Positions 52,958-64,000 of a stretch of 64,000 nt of DNA are shown in pieces. Position 1 is the first letter of the stretch. The number at the start of each line of letters is the position of its first letter. The position numbers and the translations under genes were made by a program. The stretch comes from Octopus bimaculoides (lineage: Eukaryota): NCBI RefSeq assembly GCF_001194135.2, contig NC_069007.1, forward strand, positions 22,489,650 through 22,553,649, written 5' to 3'. The notes under the pieces are model-generated. The model saw only the letters and a list, made by a program, of their open reading frames with translations. It was not told the origin of the DNA and did not search any database.

Positions 52958-53167
52958 GTTGTGCCAGGCTATGGGCATGCTGTGTTACGGAAAACAGATC
53001 CCCGCTATACCTGCCAACGTGAGTTTGCCCTGAAGCATCTACCTGATGACCCTCTATTTAAACTGGTGTCGCAGCTCTACAAAGTCGTTCCAGACACACT
53101 TATGCAGCATGGAAAAGCCAAAAACCCCTGGCCCAATGTTGACGCACACAGTGGTGTATTACTTCAG
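52958..53167 (+). CDS. CS: Citrate synthase exon 9 ([12 protein letters not shown]...[11 protein letters not shown])
   Basis: ttccag acceptor, CAG|GTATAG donor, 210 nt. Catalytic His (GYGH) and Asp (NVD). Confidence 0.98.
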
Positions 53168-53912
53168 GTATAGTTCACTTGGGGCATTTGTGTTGTTGTT
53201 GCTGTTTAGCTACCAGGTTGGCTCTGATAACACTGTAAGGGGACTGGGATGCATCTAGGTCATCACTCCTGGTTGCCCATCAGCTGACACTTTTTAACCA
53301 CTTGGATATCAGAGACTTGTGCATTGAAACCACCTGGAGATTTCATCTCTTTGTAACTCTTCTCTGTTGACTCAGCTTTCTGACTTGTACTTAAGGAAGA
53401 AATAATTTTGGTTGTCATGGTACTTGAGATTTTGAACTGACTGTTGTTGTTTAGCCCCAGGACAGTTTTGAATGAGTACACCAATCATCAAAGGAACTCT
53501 AGTCATGGTCATATAGACTATTTTTATATTTAGGACAACTTTGTGTAATAAAGTTGTTCTTTTTATAGGATAAAGTGATTTCAGGACAGTTTTGCTACAA
53601 TTTCTTGCCAATTGAATAACTTTGTAGGGGACTTTTCTTCCCCCATTGGACTCAATTATAGAAGCTAGTTGTGTGTGTGTGTGTGTCCGAAGCCGAAACA
53701 GACTCTGGAACGTGGTGCAGCCCCTGGCCTTGCCAGTTCCTGTCAAATCATCCCATGCCTGCATGGAAAATGGACGTTAAAAGCTGAGGATTTTACAAAA
53801 CCATTCATGCATGCTTACATTACTAAAACAAAGTTAAAGTCTGGTCTTAGTGTGACCAATGGTGTGATATCCTCGAAAGCTGTAATCTTGTGGACAGCTC
53901 ATCAGACTGTAT

Positions 53913-54556
53913 ACAAAGACAGATTTAACTTTTTCACCTCATGGAGGCAGAGAAACGCTAGGACAAGAGGGGGTGAGCGGTGGGGGTGGAATTGATGATG
54001 TGTTATCTGCCCTGGACCAGAGGGAAAATGGAAGCTAGGATCTTTCATTTAGGTCTTACATTAGCTTGAACAGCATATGGGGTGACCTAATTTTCCATTA
54101 GGTAGCGCTTGAAATGAACATGTTTTGAGAGAATTTCTCTGATCATTTAATGTGCCAGGCTTATTATAGTTTTAAGAAGTTTGGTTCACTCTTTCAAGTG
54201 GTGCTTCTGCAACCACTAGTCATCTTTCAGAGTCCCAGAAAAACGTTTTGTCATGTCTTTAGACAGCCATATGTGGTACCTGTAAGACTAAGCACCTGTA
54301 AGACTAAGCCTTCCATATGAAATCAGAATTCTTAAAAGCTATGTTAAGCTTGGCATGTTATATAATTTTCTCAAAATGTGTTCATTTTAATCGTTACCTA
54401 CTAGAAAATTGGTTCTCTGCGTTTGCTGCTAAAGCTAATAAGAAGCCTTAACGAAATAGATTCAAGCTTCCATTTACCCTCTGGTCCAGGGGAGATAACC
54501 CGTCCTCGAAAGTTTTTTTTTCTCCTCTGTGAGGTGAAAGTTAAATTTGTCTTTGC
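53913..54556. repeat. Large interrupted inverted-repeat element in intron 9
   Basis: Inner arms 54002-54035 / 54466-54499 match 32/34. Outer arms about 53913-53956 / 54514-54556. Confidence 0.75.
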
Positions 54557-54599
54557 AAGAAATATTTCCTCTGCCTATGGAAGCGAAGCTCTAGGTGTC

Positions 54600-54945
54600 T
54601 GAACTTGCCAATGATGGTTTGACCAGTTTTGCTTGAGAAATTTTTCTGTTGCTGATTGCACTTGAATCTAGGCAATCAAGATCAGCCAATTCCAAGCAAA
54701 CTGCACAAAAATTAGCAAAGCAGTTCAACTCACACCTCGACCATATAACACTGTCGCGAATTACGAAATGTGTCTAAAATTCGTTAGTAGGTCTCTTCAT
54801 CAAGTGACCATTTCTCAGCTCTAATCAAAAAGTTTCCTTCTGCCAAACATTGAAAATTAGACTTGCTACCAAACCTTTCCTGGGTGAAATCATCACAAGT
54901 GAAGAAAAGTAGATTCTCTATGATTGTAAACTATGAAAATTCTAA
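54600..54945 (+). mobile_element. Highly decayed mariner transposase fragment
   Basis: QTAQKLAKQF...PFLGEIITSEEK*ILYD corresponds to mariner PFL.RIVTGDEKWILYD. Confidence 0.7.
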
Positions 54946-55093
54946 ATAATAGAAAAGTTACAAGGGGTTATATGGGGTGCTTAAACCAGTATTTCGTCGG
55001 ACTTCTTAAAGCTTTGAATTATGTTTCCTAAAATATGTAACACAGCAACTCCCTGTAAATGTTATCTCATGTTTCTCTCTCTTTCTTTTTCAG

Positions 55094-55258
55094 TACTACA
55101 ATCTAAAGGAAATGAATTACTACACAGTACTGTTTGGTGTGTCTCGTGCCCTGGGTTGCATGGCATCACTTATCTGGTCCCGAGCACTTGGTCTTCCCTT
55201 GGAACGTCCAAAATCCTTTGATATCAAGCACTTGAAGAAGCTGGCTGGCGCTGCATAA
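55094..55258 (+). CDS. CS: Citrate synthase exon 10, last coding exon ([21 protein letters not shown]...LAGAA*)
   Basis: ctttctttttcag acceptor, LFGVSRALG and LERPKS motifs, stop TAA followed by TAG. Candidate AATAAA at 56202-56207. Confidence 0.96.
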   Translation, partial: YYNLKEMNYYTVLFGVSRALGCMASLIWSRALGLPLERPKSFDIKHLKKLAGAA

Positions 55259-55501
55259 TAGTCTACTATGCCCTTCCCCATCCCTTCTCTTTCTCTTCTC
55301 TCTCTCTGTCTTTTCTCCCCCACTCACTTCAGTCACTTATTAAATATGGGACAGGCAAAAAACTGTTCTTCATTGAGATTATGGCATCAGCATGAACAGA
55401 TATAGATGTGTGCATGCATGTATTTTGTGTATTTGTGTTGCACATTTATATATGTATGTATGTACATGTGTTTATATGTGTTCATACATACACTATATGC
55501 T

Positions 55502-55539
<38 letters not shown>

Positions 55540-55906
55540 NNNNNNNNNNNNNNNNNNNNNNNNNNNNNNNNNNNNNNNNNNNNNNNNNNNNNNNNNNNNN
55601 NNNNNNNNNNNNNNNNNNNNNNNNNNNNNNNNNNNNNNNNNNNNNNNNNNNNNNNNNNNNNNNNNNNNNNNNNNNNNNNNNNNNNNNNNNNNNNNNNNNN
55701 NNNNNNNNNNNNNNNNNNNNNNNNNNNNNNNNNNNNNATATATATATTTACACTTGTAGATGTGTGTGGCATTAGCCTTATCTGACTTTGATAAATATGG
55801 GTGTTTGTGTATACATACACACACACATTAGTATGCATGTGTGGCTATAATATATATATATATATATAACATACATACATACACATGTATACATACATAT
55901 ACATAA

Positions 55907-55941
<35 letters not shown>

Positions 55942-57050
55942 CACATACACACATGTATACATATACACAAGTACGTTTGTGTGTGTGTGTGTAGGTTTCT
56001 GTATATGTGTGTGTAAAAGTGTCTGCTGGTGCCACTAACTAGAGAGTTAACCTAAGTTCCATTGATGTAGCCATTGTTCTGTCACCTTGTAGATGTGACA
56101 ATGGAGCAGGTGGTGTACCTAGTGTCGCAATACTTGTGCCCAGTTAACCTGGTCAGACCTAACAACAACCATAATGATAAATACACATAAAATAGTATGA
56201 AAATAAAATTTGAAAAAAAGTGGAAGCGAACTCTGGGCTGATATTGATGACAATGTAATAATAATAATCCAGACAGTAAAATATTTGAACAAATTTACAA
56301 CTGTGCCATGTCGGAATTTTTTTTTCTTTTTTATACTTTTTGTGTGCATTTAGCTTTTGTCTCTTATTGATTTGAAGGAGGATAGCTTATTGTTTTCTTT
56401 TTATTCCTCTGATCGATATCTTATGTTAGTAATTTCAACTGAAATTATGGAAGCTGCTTTTATTTTATTTTTTTTTTTTCTGTGAGATATAAAATTAGCA
56501 TATGTGCCTGTAGATGGATCTTGTGGAGACCCAGGAAGACATAGGATGAAGTTTTGAAGGCCAGTCTCAAGATACTGAGTCTTACAAAAGATGTGACTAA
56601 AGACTGAGATATCTGGGGCATTGCTGTATTCAAGAAGACCCATCCACAATAGTAGAATCGATATCAGTGCTGGTGCCACGTTAGAAGCACCCAATACATT
56701 CTATGGAGTGGTTGGCATTAGGAAGGGCATCCAGCTGTAGAAATCATACTAAAATAGACAATGGAGCTTGGTGTGGCCTTGGTCAAGCCGTTCAACCCAT
56801 CCCAGCATGGAAAACGAACGTTAAATGTTGATGATATAAGCACTCCTGTCACAACAGAGCTATTTATATTAATGTTCATACTCTGTATTCAGTGTATTGG
56901 AGTCTGCTGATGTCTTAGCTGGCCAAAACTTCGAAGTCACTATTAACTACATTCTTGTCCTCTTCAAAAATATAGAGTAACCCATGAGATTAATATAAAA
57001 TCGTTTTTATTGTAACTGAACATAAAAACAAATATTGATATATATATTTA

Positions 57051-57266
57051 CAAGGGGGTGCTGAAAAGTTCCTGGCTTTAAGGGTATCATGAAAGGCTTG
57101 GTTGTAGACCCAATCTTCCAAGTTCTTTTACAGGGCTTAGAAAAACTGAAGGACCACTGTAATAAGTGTGTGAATCTGATAGGGCAATATGTTGCATAAA
57201 ATCATAGTTAACTGATCCTCTTGTATTTTCTTTTACTCAATGTCAGGAACTTTTCAACACTCCGTG
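57051..57266. mobile_element. Mariner-derived MITE
   Basis: TA|CAAGGGGGTGCTGAAAAGTTCCTGGC / GTCAGGAACTTTTCAACACTCCGTG TIRs. Retains a transposase C-terminus remnant, GLEKLKDHCNKCVNLIGQYV. Confidence 0.8.
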
Positions 57267-57330
57267 TGTGTGTGTGTATGGGACAGTTGACAGAAATTGG
57301 TGAAAGAGATCTGAAGACTTAGTTTTTAAT

Positions 57331-57474
57331 TCATGATTGCTGAGGAGTTACAGCAGTGATTTGTTCATCAAGAGTTTCAAGCAAACCACAAAATAAATTG
57401 CAAATCTCTTGTAACAGTTGAGCATTTAAATGAGCCACATCTGGGCCTCTTGCAACTTTCCTTAATCTGTCATT
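57331..57474 (-). CDS. Candidate terminal coding exon of an unidentified convergent gene (NDRLRKVARGPDVAHLNAQLLQEICNLFCGLLETLDEQITAVTPQQS*)
   Basis: Long pyrimidine tract plus AG on the minus strand, only phase 0 open (47 codons then TGA), minus-strand AATAAA at 57006-57011. No homology recognised. Confidence 0.35.
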   Translation of the reverse strand, partial: NDRLRKVARGPDVAHLNAQLLQEICNLFCGLLETLDEQITAVTPQQS

Positions 57475-58604
57475 CTAAAAAAATATAAAAAAAGAAAAAG
57501 CAGTCACATCATTGAAACTGTGGGATAATGCCTGATAAATGCAAAACAATGTGAATAGATAAGTATATTTCACAGAGGTGTCTGAATGTTAAAGGGTTAA
57601 ACTACAAAGATTTCAGTTTTTCCAGAAAAGGTTTTCAAGGAAGAGGAAATCAAATTGTGTTATGTGAACATAGAAAAAAATTTTAATTCTGTTCACTTGC
57701 TTGAAATTAATAGCCATTGTGCCACTGTAGCTTCTTTGTAATACATATATCTCCAAATATGAATTAGTGGTGCTAGTATTGTAAACATTATCAAACTCAC
57801 ATTCAACGTACACACATTACTTGTTTGCCAATGGGCTGCGTTGCATTTTGAATCAATGGAAATGACTTTGAAGTGTTTTTACATCCAGCACTGTGAAAGA
57901 ATCATCTTCATTACATCAAATTGGCAGCCGACTGGTGAATAAGCAAAGCACATACATTAAAAATGTCTGTTAAATTATATATATATATATATACATATCA
58001 CCATCATCATATATATGTGTGTGGTACGTTGCTGGACTTAAGAAGACTCATCCTCTGCTGCAGAAGTGTGTTGTAACTTAGTGGTTCGGCCAAAGAGACC
58101 AATAGAATAAGTACTAAGCTTACAAAGAACAAGTCCTGGGGTTGATTTGCTTGACTAAAGGCGGTGCTCCAGCATGGCCACAGTCAAATGACTGAAACAA
58201 GTAAAAGAGTAATTATTCATTGTATTCCATCCAATTTCCTTTGCTTTCCAATGATTAGCAGATGAGAGAATATCCTCTGATACAGACACAACTCGGGTTA
58301 TGCTTTCAGGTTTTTTGGAATAAAGCTTTCAGAAATAACCCAATAAGTTTACCATTAATTCTGTGAAATATTCCCAATAATTAATGCGATGGAGGCAGTG
58401 AGATAGCAGCATCGTTAGTACGCCAGGCAAAATACTGAGCAGCATTTTGTTCATCTTTACATTCTGTGTTCAACTTTGCCTTTCATCCTTTTGAGGTTGA
58501 TGAAATAAGTACCAGTTGCGTACTGAAGTCAATGTGATTGACCATCCCCCGTCCCCACAAAATCCAGGCCTTGTGCTTACACTAGAAATTATTATTATTA
58601 TTAA

Positions 58605-58815
58605 GGTGTTAAGCTGGCAGAATTGTTAGCACGCTAGACGAAATGCATTGTGGTGTTTTGCCTGTCGCTATGTTCTGAGTTCAAATTCTACCGACGCTGA
58701 CATAGCCTTTCATGCCTTTGGAGTTGATAAATTAAGTACCAGTTGCAAACTGGGGTCGATGTACTCGACTACTCCCCCCACCCCAAATTGTAGGCCTTGT
58801 GCCTGTAACAGAAAT
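58605..58815 (+). mobile_element. Second tRNA-derived SINE family (representative); other copies include 14418-14585, 39670-39880(-), 39921-40128, 40890-41070, 41355-41520, 42525-42735, 58390-58590
   Basis: Head GCTGGCAGAAT..TTAGCAC, B-box GAGTTCAAATTC, central GCCTTTCATCCTTT..GGGTTGATAAAATAAGTACCAG domain (MetaSINE-like, recalled). Confidence 0.8.
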
Positions 58816-59244
58816 GATTATTTTTACTATGATTATATTTGTGTTCTCTCTCTCTTTATTCTGTTCAGGTCCTGGGTTGGATGTATCTTCCAATGAGCTG
58901 CCTCATAGAAAACCTCGAAGCCATACTACCATCAAACCTCTTACATTAGCTCTCCGGGATCTAATCTCTGCTCGACCACACTGAGACCTCACCTCACATC
59001 ACCAAACATCAAACATCATCGTGGTCCCTTCAAACCACCACTTCCTATCCCAAGACTACTATCACCCGCTCTCAGTCTCCCTCCCTCTATCAACCTCCCC
59101 CCACACCCACCACCACAACTTTTTCACATACATAAACACACACAACTACTAAACTGTGATGACACCGCCCCTCCCCTCCCCTCTACCGCCACTTGTACCA
59201 ACATACAACACCAAATATCCATCAAGCTGAGCTATACAGTCACC

Positions 59245-59815
59245 TAAACTGTAAAGAATAGCAGCCAAATCTCCCTCAAATAACACCGAACTGGTTTGTG
59301 TATGTATAAGCCAATGAGGGGCACCTCCATGTGATACTTAAATCTGCTAGAAATAGCAGCCAAATTTCCCTCAAATCACACCCTACTCTCTTATCTATGT
59401 ATATATGTATGTATGAGCCAGAGGGAGACCTCTACATGGTAGCTAGAGCCACTAGAAATTGCAGCCAAATCTCCCTCAAATCACACCCTACTCTCTTATC
59501 TATGTATGTATGTATGTATGTATGAGCCAATGAGGGAGATCTCTACATGGTAGCTAGACCCGCTAGAAATAGCAGCCAAATCTCCCTCAAATCACACCTT
59601 ACTGTCTTATCTATGAATATATGTATGTATGAGCTAATGAGGGAGACCTCTACATGGTAGCTAGACCTGCTAGAAATAGCAGCCAAATCTCTCTCACATC
59701 ACACTCTACTGACTTATCTCTGTATGTATGAGCCAATGAGGGACACCTCTACATGATAGTTACATTTGTTAGAAACAGTAGTCTAATCTCCTTCATATCA
59801 CACCCTACTGTCTAA
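59245..59815 (+). repeat. Tandem array (about 6 x 100-110 bp) derived from a dispersed retroposon-tail repeat
   Basis: gctagaaatagcagccaaatctccctcaaatcacaccctac recurs about every 105 bp. The same motif is dispersed at about 15850, 16260, 16480 and 29790. Confidence 0.9.
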
Positions 59816-60639
59816 ACAACAGGAAGAACACTTAGGCCAATGCCATCCTTGATATATGAACAAAAAGCTGGATGACCATGGCTAGAATTCCTCTGACCAT
59901 GGTTCTGCTCATTCAGGACTGACCTAGGGCTAAACTATACCAATTTGTCTTTCTCTTTATTTAACTCTCTCCCACTTTCTCCTCAACAACATAATTTAAA
60001 ACCTACTCCAAGCGTACCTCTTCCCCTCACACACAACCATCTTACAATATGATTCCCTCTCGTTCATATGTGGGCTCCATCATTCAAACTGGCCTTTTTG
60101 GAAACCCCTCCCACCCGTCCTTCAACCTTTCCATCCATCCAACTTATCAGCTCCTTTAACAACCCTTTCTACACCCCTGTAATAGGGACTCTTGGCTATT
60201 TTGCCGTTTGAACTCTTCATCCGACCTTTGCTACTTAAATATAAACGTTTTAACTCAACCTGTTGTCAGGTTATGCTTTTTTTAATCCCTTTGAAGGTAC
60301 GATTAAGTGGGGCTGAACTGAAAACAGGGGAAATCTTATCATGTAGTACTATAGTTTACTATTTTAAGCAATACTGCTATATTGTATAAAGTTAAAGTTA
60401 AGGGTTATTCAGAGGATTATTAAGAAGAATAATTATAACAAAAGGATAACATGTTTTATAAATACTTTTGAGTATATACCAAACGTTTTGCACAATAGAG
60501 GGAGGAAAAGAAAATTATCCAGAAATAGTTTAAGATTTATACATGTTACAAAACTTAAATACTAACTAATCAGATGGTATCAGTGAATATTGATCAATGG
60601 TATCTACTGGTATTTAATAAAGGAGTATTGAGGTAAAGG

Positions 60640-61068
60640 AACATGCTAACTCTAATCCTAACCCTAAAACTAACCCGAACCATAACCCTAAAACCCTAAA
60701 GCTAAAACCAGTACAAACGCACGAACGATGTCATAAATAACAGTAACAAACGAAATATATACCGCTGATAGTTGTTGTTGACAACGGATAGTTTTTGTTG
60801 ACAAACAACGGCACTAATTTTATTCAAGGGGAAAAAATCCCGTAACACCGTTGTTTACATTCCCCGGCGTAATTGTTTTCACCTCAATAGACGTCAGTGA
60901 TTGGTTGAAATTACCGAAATACGACAATTTTTTTACATGAAATAACTTAGAATACAAAATTTTTTATCTGTTCTATAACACAAAATATACAAGTATTCGA
61001 AGTTTGAAAGTGTTTCGATACCAAAAACACTACATAAAAAAATGTTGCCCGTCAAATCACAAAGTCCT
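60640..61068. mobile_element. Unclassified repeat-like element with degenerate CCTAAC tract
   Basis: CpG-rich segment starting with ctaatcctaaccctaaaactaaccc and ending ttgcccgtcaaatcacaaagtcct. Termini and TSD not resolved. Confidence 0.35.
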
Positions 61069-61333
61069 TATGTAAAAGTTAAGTATGAATTTATAGAGGT
61101 ACAAAAATTAGATTTATTTTATAAATGAATAAATAAATGCTATTAGAAAATAATAAAGAAATAAAATAATCAGGCAGGGCAGAACACCATCGAAAAAGGA
61201 ATAAAATAGCTTAATCACTAACACTATGGTAAAGTATATGTAACTTATTAACCACGATAGAGAAGCACACATACACACGGACACACACACACATCCATTG
61301 TCTCCTCCCACCACAACTTCAAAAGAAATTCAC

Positions 61334-61349
61334 CGATAAACGTCGCCAT
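61334..61349 (-). CDS. Candidate first coding micro-exon (MATFI+G, phase 1) of an unidentified gene
   Basis: caaaATGGCG start context in a repeat-free CpG-containing patch, followed by donor G|GTGAAT. Confidence 0.3.
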
Positions 61350-63310
61350 TTTGTCTTCTTCCGTCTGTCATTCATTTTGGCAGACGACAAAATCCTGCCG
61401 AATACAAAAATCCCGCTAAAAACACAGTTTTTCACTTTCTCTCTGGTTATTCATGCGTGGAAAATAACAGCTTTCGCATTTTAATCTTCAACAGGTACGT
61501 CTCAAATTTATATAAGCGTAGAACAATTATTTATTCCCTATTTTCTTCCAATTTCTTCCAGGTTCATTTTCTGTCAAAGCAATTCTTAACGTATTAACAC
61601 AGAATTCTCGCATTAATACATATTGGGTGTTTTGAGGGAGATTTGGCTGCTATTTCTACCAGGTCTATTTATCATGTATATGTCTGAATTTTTATTTTTC
61701 ATTCACAGATTTGTATTTCAAACAGTTAACATAATCTTTTCTAGAAATCAACTTATCGTCAACACACACACACGTCCATTGTTGTCTCTCTTCTTTCAAT
61801 TTCTGCAACTAAAATTTTTACTGTTATAACTGCTTACAAAAAGAGGGATTAAGGTAGAATTAAATGTTTGGGTGCACATTGGGATTAGACACTGAGGGAA
61901 AATGGCTGTAACTTTTTTAGTTTTTAGTTTTGGCGATTTTCGCTTTGGATAATGGGTTCTAAATATCACGGTCATGCGATTCCCTCTAAAAAAAAACATA
62001 CACCTACATATGCACTCTTTTACACTCACACATTCACACAAAGGCACATGCATATATCCATCTGCCAGCACCCACAATCTCAGACATGCACTATAATATA
62101 GACACATTCATAAACATTTTGTTATGCATAGACATACAAATACACACATACGCTCACACAAAAAAAAAACAGCTATACATGCATATATCAAAAGGCATGT
62201 ATACACACACACACACATCCAGGTACACTTCCATACAAACATACACACATGTCCACACGAAAATACACACACATACATACTCAGGGTGTATATATCGTAC
62301 TCTCTGTTGCAGAAACGTCAATCATTTTATAGAGCACAACAGCTGATGATGGCACCATAGTTACGGAGTAATCTTATGGGATTATCATGTACATGGAGTT
62401 AGTACTCTAATTATCTTGTAAATGTAGTACATTGTCCAGTCATGTGCATATAGTATGTATGCTGATTATCTCATGTGTGTAACCTGTACTTTAATTATTT
62501 TGTATGTGTAGTCTGTACTCTGTCTTATGCGTGTAGCCTATACTCTGATTATATTATATATGTACTCAGATTATTTTATAAAATTAATTAANNNNNNNNN
62601 NNNNNNNNNNNNNNNNNNNNNNNNNNNNNNNNNNNNNNNNNNNNNNNNNNNNNNNNNNNNNNNNNNNNNNNNNNNNNNNNNNNNNNNNNNNNNNNNNNNN
62701 NNNNNNNNNNNNNNNNNNNNNNNNNNNNNNNNNNNNNNNNNNNNNNNNNNNNNNNNNNNNNNNNNNNNNNNNNNNNNNNNNNNNNNNNNNNNNNNNNNNN
62801 NNNNNNNNNNNNNNNNNNNNNNNNNNNNNNNNNNNNNNNNNNNNNNNNNNNNNNNNNNNNNNNNNNNNNNNNNNNNNNNNNNNNNNNNNNNNNNNNNNNN
62901 NNNNNNNNNNNNNNNNNNNNNNNNNNNNNNNNNNNNNNNNNNNNNNNNNNNNNNNNNNNNNNNNNNNNNNNNNNNNNNNNNNNNNNNNNNNNNNNNNNNN
63001 NNNNNNNNNNNNNNNNNNNNNNNNNNNNNNNNNNNNNNNNNNNNNNNNNNNNNNNNNNNNNNNNNNNNNNNNNNNNNNNNNNNNNNNNNNNNNNNNNNNN
63101 NNNNNNNNNNNNNNNNNNNNNNNNNNNNNNNNNNNNNNNNNNNNNNNNNNNNNNNNNNNNNNNNNNNNNNNNNNNNNNNNNNNNNNNNNNNNNNNNNNNN
63201 NNNNNNNNNNNNNNNNNNNNNNNNNNNNNNNNNNNNNNNNNNNNNNNNNNNNNNNNNNNNNNNNNNNNNNNNNNNNNNNNNNNNNNNNNNNNNNNAGAGA
63301 GAGAGAGAGA

Positions 63311-63592
63311 GAGAGAGTAGAAGGTTTCCTTCGGGGTTTTCACTGCTGTTCTAGGAGGATTTCTAGGAGTGAGTTTTTTTTAGTATAAATTCAGTGATGT
63401 TTATTGCAGAGAGAGAGAGTACAATGATTTCTTGGGGGTTTTAACTGCTGTTTCTAGGATGATTTCTTGGAGTGAGTTGTTTTTAGTCTAAATTCAGTGA
63501 TGTTTATAGCGGAGAGAGTAGAAGGATTTCTTGGTGGTTTTAACTGCTATTTCTAGGACGATTTGTAGGAGTGACTTTTTTTTAGTATAAAT
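63311..63592. repeat. Tandem repeat, 3 x about 100 bp
   Basis: Unit gagagtagaaggatttcttgg..ttttaactgct..tctagga..gagtga..tagtataaatt. Confidence 0.9.
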
Positions 63593-63595
63593 TGT

Positions 63596-64000
63596 TTCGC
63601 CATTGTTTCGTACTTTCGTGTTCAGTTTGTTGTTTCAGCCGCAGATACGTACTTATAGCTACAGCGGCACACATACTGCCGCAGTTTCGTATAAACGGCT
63701 TGGAATAAGTACTCGTTGCTTTGGGCACGTTTTTGCGTCACTAGGCACGCTGTTGCGTCGACGGGTACACATTTACGTTGTGGAGCTTAATTTTGTCGCC
63801 ACTGTTTCGTACTTACGTGTTCAGGTTTGTTGTTTCAGCCGCAGTTTCGTATAAACGGGCATCGGCTGGTATATACGGCTTGGAATACGTAGTCGCGACT
63901 TTGGGCACGTTTTTGCGCAACTAGGCATGCTGTTGCATCGGTGGGTACAGATTTACGTTGTGGAGCTTAATTTTGTCGCCACTGTTTCGTACTTACGTGT
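63596..64000. repeat. CpG-rich tandem repeat, 180-bp period (continues beyond window)
   Basis: Lines 63721-63820 and 63901-64000 align at exactly 180 bp. The preceding partial unit is at about 200 bp. Confidence 0.9.

Noticed and set aside
58255-58290. CAGATGA-GAG-AATATC-CTC-TGATAC as a second hammerhead
   Set aside because: Both core strands are mutated and no stem I/III is evident.
58869-58984. Strong plus-strand acceptor followed by short ORFs, as an alternative CS last exon
   Set aside because: The phase-0 product lacks the essential C-terminal CS Arg motifs, and no homology was recognised.
59245-59815. Regularly spaced repeats as a CRISPR-like array
   Set aside because: Eukaryotic locus; the units are wholly homologous with no unique spacers and no cas genes.
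61334-61349. Assigning MATFI to ALIX/PDCD6IP (MATFISVQLKK)
   Set aside because: Only five residues match, no Bro1-domain exons were found downstream on the minus strand, and the space before CS is too small.

Overview
Eukaryotic, AT-rich, microsatellite- and retroposon-dense genomic DNA with at least 11 N-gaps. The SINE/RTE families and draft-assembly style point to an octopus (inference). The window holds one complete plus-strand gene, mitochondrial citrate synthase (CS): 10 coding exons (4265-55258), 1410-nt CDS, 469 aa, all introns GT-AG, an N-terminal mitochondrial presequence and intact catalytic His/His/Asp motifs. Intron 1 is 28.4 kb. The rest is mostly mobile DNA: tRNA-derived SINEs, RTE/CR1 LINE fragments, decayed mariners, piggyBac-, hAT- and Merlin/MULE-like MITEs, a Penelope-like end with a minimal hammerhead motif, and tandem repeats. 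A possible small convergent minus-strand gene (57.3-61.3 kb) and a possible bidirectional promoter (about 61.4 kb) are supported only by splice and start signals. I found no clearly new biological system. The best leads are a young palindromic MITE with perfect 9-bp TSDs and telomere-type repeats, the hammerhead relic, an 18-nt displaced CS intron, a duplicated 3' splice region and the unassigned antisense gene candidate. Almost all other ORFs in the supplied track are microsatellite, gap or TE artefacts.
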